Shown here piece after piece: positions 59,623-64,000 of a stretch of 64,000 nt of DNA. The translations under genes were made by a program, and so were the position numbers. Origin of the DNA: the human T2T-CHM13v2.0 reference genome, Homo sapiens. The notes under the pieces were generated by a model. That model was not told where the DNA came from. It made no database searches and worked only from the letters and a program-made list of their open reading frames with translations. Location of the stretch: NCBI RefSeq assembly GCF_009914755.1, contig NC_060936.1; one strand, given 5' to 3'. The stretch's first letter is position 1, and the number at the start of each line of letters is the position of its first letter.

Positions 59623-60244
59623 TGTGGGTGCAATAAGATCTGAGCACACATGACCCTGACAGAGCAGCATAGCAGAGGCAGCGTGAGGGGAGCCGCTGTC
59701 CAAAGGTTTTGGAGGGAGAAGTCACTGCTGCCGCAAGTGACGAGAAAAGCCTTCTGGAATGTATGATGGGGAGGACTCTGACAGGTGGTGATGGTGAGGG
59801 GAACATTCCAGAGCATGGAGAAAGGCGCAAAGATATGCAGGAAGAAGCTGTGAATGAAGACAGCGAGGAGTCCAGTTCACCTGGAACGCAGTGTGTGGCA
59901 GAAAGAGCACTGCATGTGGGGTGTGGAGACTGGGTTTCCGTTCTGCCACCTTCCCAGTAAAAAACAAAACAGTGCCAGACTGGCACTGAACAGATGACTT
60001 AGCCTTTCTAAGTCTCAGCTTCCTCGCCTGAAAAGTGAGGTCTTCTACTCACACAGCTGTCGTGACAGTTAAATGAGACCAATGAGTGTACTGTGGCTAG
60101 ATCATTTTTGAAATATTAACAGATGCCCACCTCCCTTCTCCATCTGCCCTCCACAATTTCCACTTTTCTCTTCCTACTCCTGGCCTGTTCTCCTGGCCAC
60201 AGGGCAAGAATGTGGCAGAGCACAAAGGAGAGAAAAAAGGGAGT

Positions 60245-60268
60245 CTCTCTCTCTCTCTCTCTCTCTCT
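60245..60268. repeat. (TC)12 microsatellite
   Basis: Directly visible. Confidence 0.93.
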
Positions 60269-63200
60269 GTTTCAAAACCCCACAGCCTTAGGGAAATGGC
60301 AAGGACTCTGGAATTATTTAAATTGTTGAGAGTTTGATGAATATTAGGTTTCTCCAGATTGTCACCTGGATTGACCCCAGGAAAGATGGGGCAAGGGTGG
60401 GGGTATTGAGGCAGTGGTCCTTGACAGCAGGGCCCGCACAGCCTCCTTGACAGGTGAGCTCTAAAACTCACCTTCTCTAAAGGACATGTGCCTGGACCCC
60501 CACCCCTGGAGGTCACACAGCTTTAGAAAGGAAATGGCTCTGCAGTGAGCCTTGGCAAACAAGGCCATAGAGAGCCTCACTGAGAATCCCACACTCTACC
60601 CTAGCCAGAAAACCACAGAATGATTCCCCTCCTCCAAAGGGTGGCACCGGAAGTGGCCAAGTGAGCTGGAGGATCCATGCCTGAGGGCCCACAGATGACT
60701 CGGCAAAGACAGACGCATGGAGAACCAGGCACATCCCAGACTCCACACCAGCTTGACATTGTTGAATCCTCAAATCTTCCATTGCAACCCTTGAGAAAAA
60801 GGATTCAGACTGAACGAATAATCAAATTTCTGCGGCTTCCAAGAAATAGGAACTCTAAGTAGAAATGAAGTTGTTAATAAGAAAAAATACTCAAGGAAAC
60901 ATCTTTCTTGCACGTCAGACTTGTGAACCGAGATGTATATCCACTATGGTACTTTAAAAAGTTAAAACTTAACATTTAAAAACTTAACATTGACGTGCAA
61001 TGTGATGAACTAAAATCAAAACAAAGCTGGAAAGCTAGGGCAGATGGGGTGTGCACTGCCCTGGAATAGCAACCTACAAGGGCTCTGAAATGGAGCCTGG
61101 CTCTTAGGATACTTCAATTCCCTATTATCAGCCTCAGAACAGTAAAACTGCGGCACAGCTGTTCTGCCTGTAAAGGGCAGCTATGTAGGGCAGTTTTCCC
61201 AGAAGCTTTCTGTGCTCCCAGATCAGCTCCATAAAAAAGTAAGTGTTCTAAATATCAGGCACGTCAATACTGACAACCACAGCAAATTTAACGCCAAACG
61301 TTTTTATCATTGCAGCAGATGGTAGCCTGTTTGTGAAATGGCACTTCACAGAGCAAGGGTGCCCTGCCACACTTGAAATAGCAGGGACCACTTATCATCC
61401 TGAAAATCAGAGGAAGCATCAAGTTCTCAGAAAACCTTCGGGGCAACTTAACTGTTTCTTAGCAGCAGCTGCCTGGGTGAAGACATCATTCCATATCTGG
61501 TGCTATCCTCCCTTCCTTAGCTGAGCGTTGTTCGTTGATTCAATTAATTAATATTTATTGAACACACTCTCTGGGCTGAACACCATGATAGGAGCTGGGG
61601 ATACAGCCAGGAACTTAAATAATTATTCCAGGAACTTAAATAACTATTATAATATGTTAGTAACAATAAACCTATAAGGTAAGAAATTATTTGTCTCCTC
61701 ATTTTACAGATAAAGGAATTGAGATTTAATAGAAGGTCAGACCAGCTCGGATGGGCAGACCAGAATTCAGATTATGCTGGATCTAAAGTGCATGCTCCTA
61801 ACCACCACATTCCAAGGTCCAGTGAGGAGGATGAGCAGGTTGGGGTTCTGAGACAGAGTGAGGGAAACTATGATTAGGTGCCAAGTGAGAAGTTGAGAGG
61901 GCCCTTATCTGCCACAGAGGGGCAAGGCAGCTTCCTAGAGGAAGCCACATTGAACAGAAGGATCATCAAACTAAGTGTGTGAGTCAGAGGATTTGTTCTG
62001 GGTCTTGGGTCATGGAAGTTAGTCTACTCTCTTTATGAAATCTATACTCAGTGCCTATGTTTTTCTCATATTTTTCTTCTGTGGAGCAAGAATCGTTGCT
62101 TTTTATTGAGGGTGATTTTTTTTTTAATACCTGTCTTCTTACCCTGCAAATATAAAGATAGAACATTCTTGTTCACCGACTGTGGATACTGCCTCGGGGT
62201 AAGGTGGTGGGTGGGGCCAACACGGTCAGGGCCAGCGGTCATGCAGGCAGCACTGTGGCCCCTGTCCAGCCCCTAGTTAGTGCTATAACCTCTGGCCCTA
62301 GAACGAGGCTCTGAGCAGGCATCTGCAGCCTCTGAAAGTGCCATGAGATGTGTCTGTGTGAGGCCACCCTGCCTCACCCATGGCCAGCATGTGACCTCAC
62401 TAAGAGTCGGTGGGGACTGGAGCCACAGCGAAGGAGGCAGCGTGCTGGAGAAGACAGTGCGAGGCAGCAAATGACCATTATTACTGATTTGCCTCCGACA
62501 AGAAAGAAAAGGACAGCCTCTGTTTAGAAGTAAAATTAGACACGGAGAACCAACGCACTCTCCTATTCTCAGCTCTTGAAAGTGCCCAGAAGCTCCTTTC
62601 AGCACTACTACTGCTACCTACCGTCTTGTCTTCTGTAATTAAATCTGGTTTTCCCACAGGCGTTAGGATTAAAGATAACTAAGAACAGTTATTTAATTAT
62701 GCTTTCAACATTGTTTAGTTACAATGTCTCAATATGTTCCAGAAATTACTATATGTGTTTATTTTTAAAGTATATTTATAAAGTATAGTTTTAAATATAC
62801 AGTACCTCTGCTATTTTGAAGACAATATATTGTACAATATCATTTTCTCTTTTTGATTGCAAATATGTAGTATTTCACCTAACAGGGACTGAATGCATTT
62901 GGAAAGAAGATAGTTTGGGAATCTCACCATTTGTAATGTTTCTTCGGAAAGTATTAGAGATGAAAGTATTGTATCTAGTCTTAAATCAAATTTTAGTAAC
63001 ACATCAATTAAGGAGAGAATGGCATGCATGTGTAAAGGCAGTTGTGATTTTCCATCAGTCTGTTTTTTGGGGTATATTCGAACTGTAATTCAGTCATATG
63101 CACCAAACTGGTAGATGTTTTCTTCTCTGTAGCTACTGATGAAAGGAGTCCCTCTTGTACTCTAGAAGCTCACAGAGTTGTTTAATACTCAGGGAGAAAT

Positions 63201-63739
63201 GGGGCCACCCTCTGGGCCCTTGCGGCTTGCTTATGATGTTTTAAAGAGCCCTGTCTGGAACAAAACAGGCAACATTTGTGTAATTGTAAACAGATCCTTA
63301 GATCCTTTATAGCTGAGATAATCTGTACAAGGAAAGAGGCTCTCTTTATTCTTTTAATGGAATCAGGATCTTGTTCACTTACTCTCTGTCTGTCGGGGCT
63401 GTGGAGTGTGCATCCGTGTGTCCTGCTGAGCAAATGCTCATAAAGCAATACCCCACGCATTAGAAAACCTTTGCTACCCAGAGGCAGGGCACAGGGAGCG
63501 CAGAACTGAAATCTGTTATTGATGTCTGTACAGGTGGGTTAGACAGAGCACCCTGAGGGATGTCCAGGTGTGGGAGAGAGGACTTTGAAGTGGGCTTTGG
63601 GAAGGCAGGTTCCTGACCTTCTGCCATTTACAAATTTCATGGGCTTGGTCTAGTCCCATAACTTTTCAGGAGCAGGTTTCCTGGTCTATAAAACACATTG
63701 GAGCAGGGTTTTTATACCGAGGTGAGTGTAGTGTCAAGT

Positions 63740-63935
63740 TTAGTGACTATGAACAGAGACCTGGATCCAGCTTGTGTAAGCTCAAGTCTGGCAGTGTTAT
63801 TTCACAGCTTTGTGACCTTCAGCAAATCACTTAGCCCAGCACTGCAGTTTTGATTGAATAGATTTAAAACCTATCTCATAGATTGTTGTGAGGACTAAAT
63901 GAGTTAATATTTAGAGCCTGACATCCAATAAATGC
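63740..63935 (+). mobile_element. MIR SINE
   Basis: agctttgtgaccttcagcaaatcacttag...gattgttgtgaggactaaatgagttaata. Confidence 0.7.
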
Positions 63936-63951
63936 TACACAAAGAAGCGTT

Positions 63952-64000
63952 CCTGTTGGTGGGAGTGTGAATTAGTTCAACCACTGTGGAAGACAATGTG
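63952..64000 (+). mobile_element. start of a 5'-truncated L1PA element, cut by the window end
   Basis: ctgttggtgggagtgtgaattagttcaaccactgtggaagacaatgtg is L1 ORF2 C-terminal sequence. Confidence 0.75.

Noticed and set aside
59709-59960. Acidic, protein-like 83-aa ORF
   Set aside because: No AUG at the listed start, and it lies in purine-rich degraded L2-like sequence.

Overview
Human (or very close great-ape) genomic DNA from 12p11.22. Bases ~3.1-6.5 kb on the minus strand carry the 5' half of PTHLH (parathyroid hormone-related protein). This comprises the first coding exon ([34 protein letters not shown]-, which the ORF track misses), four non-coding 5' exons, the P1 (TATA), P2 (GC-rich) and P3 (TATA) promoters, and a CpG island. 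Bases 1-3124 are the following intron. A second CpG island lies at ~8.6-9.9 kb. The remaining ~54 kb is upstream intergenic DNA, repeat-poor to ~14 kb and then rich in Alu, L1, L2, MIR, MaLR/ERV LTRs and MER DNA transposons. Main observations: (1) the first AUG of the P1 transcript opens a 95-codon ORF spliced across exons 1-2-3, in the same frame as PTHrP; (2) the 5.2-kb L1 is a spliced retrocopy of the SpIRE97/976 type, nested in an older TSD-flanked insertion that splits a MER33; (3) a 127-bp locally templated insertion sits inside a MER45A; (4) a MER41A LTR carries an ETS+CArG composite; (5) an L1 fragment has a ~20-bp twin-priming inversion. No prokaryote-type system (CRISPR, operon) is present. 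Repeat subfamily calls and exon numbering come from recalled consensus/cDNA sequence, not a database search.
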